A stretch of 64,000 bases of DNA, from the NCBI GenBank assembly GCA_951406725.2, contig OX597842.1, positions 4,836,001-4,900,000 on the forward strand. The letters are read 5' to 3'. Positions within the stretch are counted from its first letter, which is position 1. Each line of letters starts with the position of its first letter. A model generated the notes under the pieces. That model saw only the letters and a program-made list of their open reading frames with translations. It was not told the origin of the DNA and did not search any database. The translations under genes were made by a program, and so were the position numbers. This DNA is from Octopus vulgaris. Taxonomy: Eukaryota. Positions 26,631-38,934 of this stretch are shown here, piece by piece.

Positions 26631-26805
26631 ACTTGGGTCATGACTCGGAGTTGTAACCGTTTTCGAGAAGCGGACCGGCCGCTTATTATTAGGTTAGCCG
26701 CACTGCGAAGAAGTAATTTTTCTTTAGGAGTACCATTCTGAAATTCCCGTGGGCCGCAATTTGCCTGTGACATCTGAACTGAAGGCTTCGACTTTATTTT
26801 TAGTC

Positions 26806-27251
26806 CAGGAGTCACCAAACTACAGTCCGCTGCTGCTCTACCTTTTGTGTAAGTAGCTGCATTTGCATCTGGTATGGCATCAGTGTTTGGAACGACTTAA
26901 GTTTGTGAGCAAACATTTTCAAAAATGAAGTATGTGGAGTCAGCACATCGAACGAGGTTGACTGATGAACATTTGAAAGCAATTCTCTTGGTTGGATGCA
27001 GCAATTTCAAAGCAAATATTGATTATATCTTAATAGCTAAGCACCAGTTTCACAAATCTCACTAACCTTTTTTGCTGTTTAGTTTGTGTGCGCACTGGGT
27101 GTGATTGATAACATTTTAGGAAATCTGTTGGTTGTCTTTATTTTATAGTGTATCCATTCACGGTATTGTATTGAACAAAATGCTTGTGCGACCCGCGCTC
27201 GTCATTATCTCGGGTATCTGACCCGCTGTGAAAAAGGTTTGGTGACTCCTG
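26806..27251 (+). mobile_element. Internally deleted hAT (Buster/GTF2IRD2-like) transposon retaining the dimerisation-domain remnant
   Basis: 15-bp TIRs CAGGAGTCACCAAAC / GTTTGGTGACTCCTG. TSD TTTTAGTC / ATATAGTC (nnnTAnnn). Internal translation ASVFGTT*VCEQTFSKMKYVESAHRTRLTDEHL matches the hATC motif. Confidence 0.9.
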
Positions 27252-28131
27252 ATATAGTCTGGCTACGAATTCTTCCTTCATAGGCCGCAGAGCGCAGTTT
27301 ATGCAAGTTTCGAACTCGTGACATTGTTTGTGTCAGGACCACAATTGCTTAGTCTCAAATGAATTCTGATCCAGTTGATAGACGTACGATCGAAGACATT
27401 CTTTCCGTGACCCATCTCATGCAGTTAGAATTAGTGCATCTAAGAATTGAGTGGTTACACAGAGACCCAGTTCCACTTGTTTGGTTCTCTTCAAGATCTA
27501 TTATGGTCTAGTCATTCCAGTCATGTCCTTAGAGCCTTCTCATTTCTTTTATTTCGATGGAAGTATGATGAGTATTTTCAGCAAGTTGATCATCCGCTTT
27601 GCATGACGTTCTAGTCGTGTCCGGCAGTGAACAACCCCAACTTACCTGGGTAATTGGTTCCGCGACATGCAACCGAAATCGAAAAACATTTAAATAAACC
27701 ATTTAAATAAATTTATTAGCTTATATCTGTTTTAATAAATTGTTTGTACATATTATCAAAGGAAGTGTATATAATATTGATTAATTGAAAGTAAGCTCTT
27801 ACATACTGTGTCAGGCTTAAGCCTGCTACTGCTACTGCTTCACTGTGCGAGTGCCTACCGTCTCTTGGGAGTCTTATTTTATCGATTTATCTCTAGATAT
27901 TTAGCGCGCTCGTGTATGTATTTGCATGTGTGTGTAGATAGACCCGCATAAATACATGCACACACACACTTGTCCTTGCGTATAGATTTCTCTTCTGTTT
28001 GCAAGTATCTAAATTTTCATCTTGTATGTGCGAAATTTAAACCATTGTATGCAGGTTGCATTTTAATTTTCACCTGATACAGATGAACAATATATTTTAT
28101 TTTAATGGAGTCACTCTCTTGCTGTCAAAAT

Positions 28132-28177
28132 TTGCCTGAAGATCCTGTGCACCTACAGATGAAACCGAGAGTAGCAA
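28132..28177 (+). ncRNA. Minimal type I hammerhead ribozyme-like motif (possibly inactive)
   Basis: TTGC-CTGAAGA-[stem II CTGT/ACAG]-GAAA-C-cgaga-G-TA-GCAA. Core boxes are in the right order and stem I is TTGC/GCAA, but the base of stem II is mispaired. Confidence 0.45.
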
Positions 28178-29511
28178 GAGACCCCTCGAAGAAAAAAATA
28201 CACACGCACCGAATAAGAAATATCTTTCCTATCCTCGTGTGGACCCCCTTCATTTTACTATATTGTGTGTTGACTTAGCTTTCTTTGAACTTGGTATAAA
28301 CACTCCCACCCCGTTTGTGTGTATATATACACTCATGCCTCCTCTCCCCTCTCTCTGTCCTATATAACAACTCTTACCAATTGTCCCGGCCTTGAGTGAA
28401 CCACTTAACGCTCTTTCTCCTTACGAGTGAGAGAAAAAGGCGACGACCTACTTAATTCACATATTTGAGACCGGCAACCATTTTATAAAAAGCCAGTGTG
28501 ATACCCACGTGTTGACTATTTCTGTTTTTTTTTTACCAGTCGTCTTTATATATATATTCTCTCAGGTAATCGCCATTTTTTTTCCTATTCCGTCTTTGTT
28601 TTTACACTTAGCTTTTTATGCGTACGTATTAGCTACCCAGATATACCCGAGCAACAAGGCCGTAGCCAAACGAAGACTTGTTTCAATCCAGTTTGTACTT
28701 GACTTTCTTCTCTATGATCACATTGTGATTCAGCAGATTGCTGTGGGTTTTTTAATATTTTAATTGCTATATTTTACACTGCGTACATTCAGTCTCTTTT
28801 TCTCTAAATATATTTGTGTGTATAATATATACACACGTATACACTTAATGCTGATTGTTGGGGAAAATAGTTCTCAGTACCATAGTAGATACATTTTTTT
28901 TATGGTTCGAGTCTGTCTCTTGTTACTGAGTTTCGCCTGTGGATGCCCGGGAGCAGATTGCTATAACCCTGTGCCATCCACAGGCAAAAATCGGAGTAGC
29001 CAGCGATTGACTTACCAAATCTAATATATAACGTGCGCGCGCGGCTTGGTTCTGTTATAGCCTCGATTGACCAATTTTGTAAACGGAAGCCCATCGTGTA
29101 TATGTCTCACCACTGCTTTGTAATTAAACCGGTACTGGTTTGTTTACATTCCCGTAACTCAACAGTCTGACGTAAATGGATAGAATAAGTACCACGCTTT
29201 ATAGAATGTACTGAGGTCGATTGTTCAAGGCGGTGCCCCAACATGGCCGCAAGCCATTAGCTTAAAGAGGTAAAATGTGTACGTGTATATACAAAAAATA
29301 GTAATACCCTGTATTTTAATGCATATTGACGAGTGACAAATGCTGATATGGTAGTTAAAAAAATAAGGTAATAAAAACATTTTTATTGTAGTATAATAAA
29401 TTGTGAAATATAGTTAATCTCTTAAATCCTGAGTTAAAATCTTGCCGTGGTCTACTGTGGGGAAAAAATTCCGCCCGTTTTCTCCCAAATTTGTTTATTA
29501 AAAAAAAAAAA

Positions 29512-29957
29512 AAATTTTTTTTTGCCAAAAACGGTTTCGGTTTAAGCATTTACACCCCCACCCCGTAGTCGCACAACCCACATCCTATACCATCATTTTT
29601 TCCATAGCCTCTATAACCATAATTTTTTTTTTTTTGCCAAAAACGGTTTCGGTTTAAGCATTTACACCCCCACCCCCGTAGTCGCACAACCCACATCCTA
29701 TACCATCATTTTTTCCATGGCCTCTATAACCATAAATTTTTTTTTTGCCAAAAACGGTTTCGGTTTAAGCATTTACACCCCCAACCCCGTAGTCGCACAA
29801 CCCACATCCTATACCATCATTTTTTCCATGGCCTCTATAACCATAAATTTTTTTTTTTGCCAAAAACGGTTTCGGTTTAAGCATTTACACCCCCAACCCC
29901 GTAGTCGCACAACCCACATCCTATACCATCATTTTTTCCATGGCCTCTATAACCATA
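29512..29957. repeat. Four near-identical tandem copies of a ~112-bp unit
   Basis: (T)nGCCAAAAACGGTTTCGGTTTAAGCATTTACACCCC..GCCTCTATAACCATA occurs four times, differing mostly in homopolymer length. Confidence 0.95.
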
Positions 29958-30978
29958 TTCGACGGAATTCTGATTTAAGTAACTCATAAATCCTCATTAA
30001 CCTTTGGGGGAGGGAGGAATTTTCAGAAAACTTGCTAATTTGTGTTCATACGATTAACGATGTGATTTAGCTGTTTTTAGCTCATCTCACGACCACCGGA
30101 TACTCTCCCCCCCCCCGTTTTTTTATCACTCTGACAATATTTTTCTCCCAATAAATGCATACTGGAATGATGATGATGCCACCAAGGGTTGCCCATTACT
30201 GAGATTTAAAAAATTCAGACACCGTATTTTAAAATCTGCTTTAAAAAAATTCGAATAAAACTTTTTGGACGTTGGAAGAGGGGGTGTAAATATTAAAATT
30301 TAAAAAAATTTAAGCATAACGAATTTCTCTCTCATTTAACGTCCGTTTTCCATGCTCGCATGGGTTGGACAGTGACTGAAAACCGGTAAGCTGGGGACTG
30401 TACCAGTCTTCAATCTGATTTGGCATGGTTCCTACAGTTGGATGCCCTTCCTAACACCATCCACTCTGAGAGTGTAGTGGGTGCTCTTTACGAGGCACAG
30501 ACATTGGCCGCGATTACGATCTATCTCACTTGGCTTGACCAAAGCACGGTATATTGCCGCACTCTGCTTCTGTGAATTACACAATTCGCAAAAATTTTCT
30601 GAAAATTTCTAAAAATAAGCAAGAGGGGTGGGGGATGCTTAAGACAACATTCTGTCAGTGGCCTCTTACTACTGAGAGGAATTTATTGCAGTAAATGGTC
30701 ATTTATCCCCTGAAAGTAGTTACTGGAACATTTAGTAAGTAGTCGCAGAAATTGTAAATAAGTATAAGGGGAGCTAACTTATTGCTTCTACCGGGCGTCA
30801 GTTTATATCTGCACATGCAGCTGCTGAATATTAAAATACATGATTTATTCAAATAAGGAATATGTAGCTCCCTGATGTATGAAAAGGCGAGGCTGTTTTG
30901 GACAGTAATGCCTTTTGATGAGTCCTGAGCATCTTGGGTCTGGCAGCTGATGTCTTTCTAATATCTAGTTGAATATTG

Positions 30979-31322
30979 TATGGCTGTGTGGTAAGAAACT
31001 TGCTTCCCAACCACATGGTTTCGGGTTCAGTCTCATTGTGTGGCACCTTGAGCAAGTATCTTCTACCATAATCTTGGTTTGACTAAAACTGGAGTGATTT
31101 TGGTAGATGGAAACAGAAAGAAGCCCATTGTATATGTTTGTCTTTGTGTCTGTCCTCTACCTTACTTGACAGCAGGTGTTCTTATGTTTCTGTAACTTGG
31201 CAGTTTGGCAAAAGACTGATAAAGTAGATACCTGGCTTAAAATATAGGTACTGGGGTAGATTCATTTGACAGAAAATTCTTCAAGGCCCCAACATAGCCA
31301 GTCTGACTGAAACAAGTAAAAG
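30979..31322 (+). mobile_element. SINE family A copy just upstream of the ATG exon
   Basis: TGGCTGTGTGGTAAGAAACTTGCTTCCCAACCACATGG...GACTGAAACAAGTAAA; many CpG>TpG changes. Confidence 0.85.
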
Positions 31323-31644
31323 GTAAAAAAAATAATAAAGATGGTTATAAATGTAACATAATATGTATAAGCATGGCCGTATCAAGAAGTTTGTTTCACA
31401 AGTTTCTTTTACAGCTACCTGACAAGCAAGTCTTGTTGACCCTTCCTCAGGCAACCAATTTGGTGATGGGGAAACTACAAAAGAGGCTGTGTGTAGCCCA
31501 CCTCCCCGTGATTGTAAAAGTTGGTGGAGCAATGTGTAATGGTGTTCCTGTATTAATGTTTCATGTACTTTTGTTAGTGGCTGGCCTTCTAGTCTTTTAA
31601 ATTAACTGCTGTTTTTTTTCCCTTTTTTTTTTCTGTTTTGCAGA

Positions 31645-31777
31645 ATGAGTAACGATAAGTGCTATAAATGCAGTAGAACAGGACACTATGCGCGAGAATG
31701 TCGCAGCACTATCTCTGGTATGGGAGGCCGGAGTAATACCGGCATGCGAGATCCGCGATCTCGAAACAATACCGGTG
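31645..31777 (+). CDS. CNBP: CNBP-like CCHC zinc-knuckle protein, coding exon 1 (ATG, knuckle 1, Gly/Arg/Ser linker)
   Basis: Acceptor TTTTGCAG (31643), ATG 31645, MSNDKCYKCSRTGHYARECRSTISGMGGRSNTGMRDPRSRNNTG, donor G|GTAAGT (phase 1). Confidence 0.92.
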
Positions 31778-32036
31778 GTAAGTATGATTGTTGTTTGTTT
31801 AGCCTTAGGGTATGCCTTATCTGGTAAACTCATGATCAAAGGAGTTCATGCTCTATTAAAATAGATTTCTGAAAATCTCCATCTAAACCGACAGTTGAGT
31901 AAGTAGGATTTAAGATTTGGTTACCATTACTAGCAGGTTGGACAGCCATGTAGAGACTTGATAATCCTGTTTTTGGGCTTTATCATGCTTCAGTGGTTAT
32001 GAAATGTGGGGTTAATGTTGAATTCCATGTTCGAAC

Positions 32037-32070
<34 letters not shown>

Positions 32071-33609
32071 TGATGAGAGCTGGATAAGTTACTGTTCTTT
32101 TGCTTGTCAAAAGTTGAAACTGGTTATAGTGTGTGGGTGGAATTTTGGTTTAACCCTTTTGATGCCAACCCACTTGAGGCTAACACAGGGTCTATGACAT
32201 GTTTTTAAAGTTAATTACAATCTTCCATAAAAGTTTTGTTAGTTTGTTCAAGACAATAATGAGAAAGGTATTTTAATAAATTCTTTATTTTAAATATTGA
32301 CTTTCAGGAATATTCAGAAAATTTTTGAAAATTTTTTTGACAAAAAAAAAAAAAAAAGAAGAAATTGTGTGATGCTTTTCAATATTTTTCTCCCTGTAAA
32401 TCTGTTTTATGGAATGATGAACGCATCCAAGAGTGGTCCATTGCTGGGAAAAATTCAGACAAGCTGATTTAGAAAAAATAATTAAAATATAGTGGGAGCT
32501 TTTAGGATATGGGAGGGGGATTTTAAAATGTTTAAATTTCTTTTCCATAATTGTATGATTACATATTGTCAAAAATTTTCTGGAAATTCCCCCGAAATAA
32601 AGTATATGAGGGGTGTATAAACCAGAATTCTGCCTGTATGTGAATATGCAGTATATTTGCAATTATGTAACATGCCTAACAGTTTGGTTACACAGCTAGC
32701 TTTGTAACCACATGGTTTCGGTTTCAGATTCACTCTCATCTTGGACCTGTTTTCTGCTATAGCCTTGGCTCAACCAACGCTTTAGGAAACAAGCCACATG
32801 TGCATGTGTTCCTCTCCTCCTTCACAGTTGGTTATAACTGTGCATGAAGAAAATTCCAATAAAGTTGTTTACATTCTATGTGTGTGTAAATATGTCCATT
32901 TGCCCTGCCATTACTGTAGTTAGATCCTCCGGTCATAGATTTTTGATGAATGAAGGTGTTTAATACCGCTGCTTTTGGCATCAGTGTCTTAAGGATCTTT
33001 GGCAGTTGTATTCAAGTATTGTTTTAATGTTCATCCACTCATCATAGACTTCATTTTTCAGAATATCTTGTCTAAGATGGAGGAGGGATCTTGTAATACT
33101 CTGTAGTATTGTCATATTTAGTGATTGATGTTACTCAATGCCTAAATTGGTGCTAATCCTTCCAAGATTTAGAAAGCTCTATATATCTTCCCCATCTTCA
33201 CTTAAGGAGTAGTCTTAGTGTAACAAGTGTTGGATTATTATGGGTTCCTCTGTTTAGTTTCACACTGACTGCCATAGTTGTGAGCAATAGCTTTGAGAAC
33301 AAATGTACTTAGGACTTGTTCCCATGCATCAGTGTTCATTTTTACTTGCATGCTACACACTCTCTGTCTCTGGTTTGCAATCTGTCCTGCTCTTATGCAT
33401 CCTGGCTGCATTTTGTTTTAGGACCGACATGAAATTTTTAAATGTTAACTTTTTCTTGAGCCAATATTACGTTCTGAGTTCAAATTCTCCGTCCTCTCAG
33501 GGTTGATAAAATAAGTACCAGTTGTTCACTGAAGCTGGTATAATTGGCTTAACTCCCTTTCCCCGAAATTGCTGGCCTTGTGCTAACATTTGGAACCAAT
33601 ATGTATGTT

Positions 33610-33850
33610 GTATTAGAAACTTTCTGAATGGGTGCTTCTGACATCATCAGGGCTCTTGATATCATCTGCTTAGCAAGAGAGAGGGTGTCAAAGCAACGAA
33701 AGGTGAATGAGAGAGCTACTACAAACAGTAATGTCCCCAAGACAGTTCCTTGAGAAACTACTCAATTACTACTCCCATTGGCTGCAATAACCTGACCCTT
33801 AGTTCTCAAAACTTCTATATTTCCAACTTTTGGGGATACAATAAATGATT
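33610..33850 (-). mobile_element. Old CR1/L2-type LINE RT fragment
   Basis: Minus strand gives VSQGTVLGTLLF and a decayed (Y>*)ADD motif. Confidence 0.55.
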
Positions 33851-36564
33851 GTCATACTGTAGAAGCTGTGTGAAGCAGCACTCTTATGGAAGCAATGCCA
33901 AGTCTTTTACTCTGATGAATTCAATTAAATTCCTTTTGATAATTTAACTTAGAAGAAAGGTAATGTGAGTTTGATAGGCCTTCAAATTTTTATGTCAGCC
34001 CCTCTTCCTCCACCTTTTTCCATATTTTGGAGGAGAAAGTGAAGCAGTTTTTGCTTTTCCAGGAGAACAGTTGGAAATGTACTAAGGCCAACCTTGGTGC
34101 ATATCATTTACTGCCTACTTTCCATGATGGCACAATTTGGACTGTATGAAAGGATCTGGCAAGTCACAGGGCTGTGCCAAGTTCATTTTAGGAAAATAGT
34201 GTTTTCCACTGGTTTTGTTTAATAAATAAATGAGATTTCTTATCTGTATTTTCCTGTCTCTGGGAATATTTGTGTATGCTGACTTTATTCTTTTTTAGAA
34301 CAAATCCAAGTTAAGCTATTGGTTTGCATCAGCATTAGTTGTTCAATTTTCACATAATTGTCTTGCACAGACTTTTGAACCAGTCCTGTTCAAAGATCTC
34401 TTAGAATTGATATCTTGTGATCCTTGTAGATTTTAAGTGCTCTTTGTGAGGTGCATATCTGGTTTTGTTTGGATCATTGTTGATTTTGTTGTAGTTATGA
34501 GTAATAGCTTCACTTTGTGGAGGAGTTTTGTGTTACTTGTAAAGCAGAGATCTATTGTATTGTTGTCTGTGATTGAATATTTTTTAATATTTAGATTACT
34601 TGATCAAATGCAATGCTTATGTAATCACACTATTTTTAATTATGCTTTATTCTCATAGCTTTGAGATTTTGATGATGTGATTGCATATTTTTAAAAAGAT
34701 GTTTAGGATGATGGAGGCTGAATCTGGTTGGTTTGAACATAAAACAAGTAGGGCTGGATATGGCTGGTCTAAATGCTAGAGGGTTAAATCACCCAAGAGA
34801 AGTACAATATGGGCCCCATTTAGACTGATATCAAATATACTTTCTGATACTACTTATTTGCCAATATGATTTGAGGCATTCAGTAGATGGCATATGCATA
34901 TCTATTTTTATACATCGATACTGTGTATGTACTGATTTTGTATCACAAACTGAATTTTAATGTGACATCTTCATGGGTGTTTATTCCAACTCCAGTATAT
35001 AACTTCTTTTGTGTGGAGCTGGCAGAATTGTTTGCATGCCAGACAAAATGTTTAGTGACATTTTGTCCATCTTTATGTTCAGAGTTCAAATTCTACTGAG
35101 GTTCACTTTGTTGTTCATCCTTTTAAGGTTAATAAAATGAATACCAGTTGAGCACTGGTGTCAATGGAATCCACTGACCTCTTCCGCCAGAATTTCAGGA
35201 TTTTTATTAAGTGCATTTTTTTAAGCATCTATGCTTTTTGCTTCACTGCCTGCTACAAGGTATCTCAGGGAATTTCACTTCAGTTACTACACTAACATGT
35301 GACATTGAACAGAACATATTTGTGATGGCTTTGTGTGATTCCACTGAGCCAGGTCAGCTCTTGCAGTCTTCTACAACATTTTAAAAGCTTGGCTGCTACA
35401 ATTCTACCTTGCTATATTACCTTTTCATCAAGAAAGATTAGCCTTGTGCTCCCCTTGGAGGGACAGTTAGTTGTACACCTTACATTCACATTTAGGTTTT
35501 CTCTCACTACAAATTAATGGGTTCCTTAGGTGTGTTTCTCTGCAAGTTTATCCTTTCTTTAATCCCTGTAGGATTTCTGGGAATAATTACTTTATTCTGC
35601 TCTTTGGGGTTTGTATTGTGAAAGAGCAGTTTGTGATTTGTGCTCTGTCCTTTATATTTTTTAATACACTGGAAGGTGTTGATATTCATCGCACAGTTGT
35701 TTGTATGTATGTGTGTGCATATATATATATATATATATATAAAGATTCTAACATAGGTACAGGTCCTAGAATTTTGCGGGGAAAATTTAGTTACACTAAT
35801 CCCAGTAATTGACTGGTGCTTTTAATAGCTCTGAAAGGATGAAAGGCAAATTTGAATTTGGAACATAGACTTAGGAGGAATACAGCCAGGCATTTTCACC
35901 AATGCCTTAATTTTGTCAGGTAAAAGACCCAGATTTTCAGTAGTGGTTTAAGTATAATGGTTCACTTCTATATGATTATGTTAATAATTTTGCTGGAAAG
36001 CAAGGCGAATTAAAATTGTTTCAATCGAATCGTAAAACACTTGTAATATTTGAGTAAGGTATTAGTTATGAGGTTGTGATGGTGTAGGATGGTTGGAGAA
36101 ATCTAAAGAGAAACAAGGTTTTATAAAATTGAGAGCATGAGGAGTAGGAAGTGCACTGAAGAGGAATAAGGGGTACACTGGAGCATGGGTGGGAAAAATA
36201 AAGTTGAAGGCTAAGTAGGATGCACTAAAATAATTTCAAAAGGATAAGTGGTGGGGCGGGGGGGGGGACAAGATTGAGAAATGGAATATGCTGTGATAGG
36301 ATGTGACAGAGAATGTTCAATATCATCATTTAGCATCCATTTTCTATGAAGCTAAACAGTGGATACAACTGTACATAGGAATCTTGGATTCCTGCTTTAG
36401 AATTTTTGTTTTTGCCTGTTTTTATGTCCATTTTTCTATGCTAGCATACATATTTAGGCACTGTTTTGCAGTCACCTATCTATAACCATTACCTGTTTTA
36501 CTTGTATTTTTTTTTATTTCACTTGTCTTCACAAACCCAGAGCTATGGAACAACTTGTTAGGGA

Positions 36565-36763
36565 CAGTGGTTCTCAACTGGGGTACATATTGCCCTTAAA
36601 GGTCAATATAAAGTTTGCTTTTAAAATTTGTACAGTAAATTGATTATACTTCTACAATACACAAAATATAATTTTTTATAAAGTTCCTAATATTCAGTTA
36701 TAAAAATAGTCAGATTTTTATGTCCAGGAAAGTCTGTTGGCCATAAATAGTTGTGAACCACTG
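36565..36763. mobile_element. hAT-type MITE (relatives ~18060-18224 and ~63040-63526)
   Basis: TIRs CAGTGGTTCTCAACT / AGTTGTGAACCACTG; degenerate 8-bp flanks. Confidence 0.7.
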
Positions 36764-38001
36764 GCATAGGATATCAGCAAATGCCACTGTTCTTTTGTTA
36801 GATGCTTTGCATGCACACACACATGACAGTTTCTACTAATTCAGTGGACAAGGCTTTGATCAGTTCATGGCTGCAATAGATGCATGTCTGTTGTACCATG
36901 CATAGTATACAGCTTAAGATTGGTAATAAAACGAACTTTAGAGTTGCCAGTGCTTGTTTACTTTTGAAATGGGGGCACATGCTGAAATATATATTGTTCT
37001 TTTGTACCATTTCTGCCTGCTAAATTTCCCTCAAGATATTGGTCAGTACAAAGCTGTGCAATAGTACAAGATACATGAAGTGCCACACTGGGACAGAGCC
37101 CAGTAGTATCTGGTTACGAAGCAAAGTTCATAATCATGCAGCCATGCTTGGGCCATTTATGACAGGGGTAGTGTATGCACACAAGTACTCACTTATTACT
37201 CTAATCCAAAGTACTACAAGCAGTTTGTAGCACATGACTGGAGTCCTGGCAGTCTTGTATTTTTTGTCTCTAACTAGGCCAGATTATTTTGTAATGAGCT
37301 TGTAGACTTGAGACTGGTATCACACATGTAACGCACACACCACACACATCTTTTTAGGCTTGCTTTTCCAAGCTGGCATGATTTGGATGATGGTAAATTT
37401 AAAACACTTGTGGGACGCTGTGGAGTTGGAGTTAGAAACAATTATAGGGTAGCTAGAATCAGTCGCTATAGTTTTAGCGACTCCAACTCATATCTTTATT
37501 TAATATAAATCGGTTATAACATATAGGTCTACTCAAAATACAAGTGTATGCATATGCTTTGAGATATGTAGATCACAATTACTTAATTACATAAAGTATA
37601 GTTGGAGTCAGAGGTGCCAATAGTAGAGGAATTGAAGTTTTTTGTTTCGATTCCACAGCCCTACGACAATGAAATATGCAGAACCATGGGGCCCGTTTGT
37701 CTTATAACAGTAAAGGAACCTGGTCAACTGTTAGATAAGAATATTTTCAAGTTCAACATCAGTATAATCTTTGGCAGTCATTGAATTGTTGAATGGAATA
37801 TCTCTGTATTTACGTTAACAAGATCGATTTAAAAAATAATCTAGGGTGATGGTTTCAGAGAAACACTAGTGATGTGAAGCAGTTGGAAAAAAACTAATGT
37901 TGGGTTATGCAATACAATATATATTTAAGATTATTTTTGCTATTCAATGCTAATTACATTTTAGATATTTGTGTGTGGTGCTGGCATGGCTGTATGGTTA
38001 A

Positions 38002-38222
38002 CCCTTTAGTGTTCAGATTACACTGTTAAATGTAATGCTTTTTTATTTAAATTGTTTTGAATTAATCAAGCATTATCTCATAGCTTTGAGGTTTCAAAGA
38101 TGTGATTGTTTATTTTTAGAATGTCAATGTAGGTTAGGTGTGAGAGGCTGGATATGGCAAGTTTGAATATGAAACATGTGAAATATATTGGGCTGGATTT
38201 GGCCACTTTAAACACTAAAGGG
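38002..38222. mobile_element. piggyBac-type MITE (other copies ~34600-34785, 48476-48628, 59215-59398)
   Basis: TTAA TSD (37998-38001, 38223-38226) and perfect 12-bp TIR CCCTTTAGTGTT / AACACTAAAGGG. It appears to interrupt a SINE head. Confidence 0.88.
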
Positions 38223-38371
38223 TTAAGGAATAAGATTGCATTGAATTTAGGGTTCATTCCCACTAACGCTGACTGGTATCAACTCTGGAATGCTTTGTAG
38301 GTGAACTGGAGCATGAAAACTAAGAACCTGTCACATAGGTGTATTCTTTGCTTTTCATGATACAAGTGTAC

Positions 38372-38690
38372 ATCATCATCATTTAAAGTCCGTTTTCCAT
38401 GCTAGCACGGGTTGGACGACTTTGACTGAGGGCTGGCAACCAGATGGCTGCTCCAGTCTTGATCTGGCAGTTTCTACAGCTGGATGCCCTTCCTAACACC
38501 AACCACTCCGAGAGTGTAGTGGGAGCTTTTTACGTGCGACCCGCACGGGGTCCAGTCAATTGGTACTGGCAATGGCCTTGCTCGAATCTTTTTACAAGTG
38601 CCAGTGAAGCGACATTGGTAACGATCACGCTCGAATGGTGACATTTTACGTGCCACGGGTACGGAAGCCAGTTGGCTGCTCTGGCAACAA
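38372..38690 (-). mobile_element. SINE/LINE 3'-tail family with (ATG)n tail (also ~30334-30540 -, 21750-21880 +, 55665-55780 +)
   Basis: CATCATCATCATTTAAAGTCCGTTTTCCATGCTAGC..GGATGCCCTTCCTAACACCAACCAC recurs several times in the window. Confidence 0.7.
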
Positions 38691-38718
38691 TGTGTGTGTA
38701 TGTATTTACATACTTATA

Positions 38719-38765
<47 letters not shown>

Positions 38766-38934
38766 ATATGTATGTATATATGTGTTTAAGTATATAATAT
38801 ATATAAATCTATTAATGTGTGTGTGTATGTATGTATATATATATATATATAATCGTTTAAAGCACTGGTTCTGATAACCAAAGCTAGGCAACATCGAACC
38901 TAGTGAGTACGGGAAACCTAGGTACTATAAGTGT

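Noticed and set aside
26962-26990. CTGATGA..GAAA hammerhead-like spacing (also 18362-18377 on the - strand)
   Set aside because: There is no room for stem II, and the first lies in hAT transposase coding remnant (LTDEHLK).
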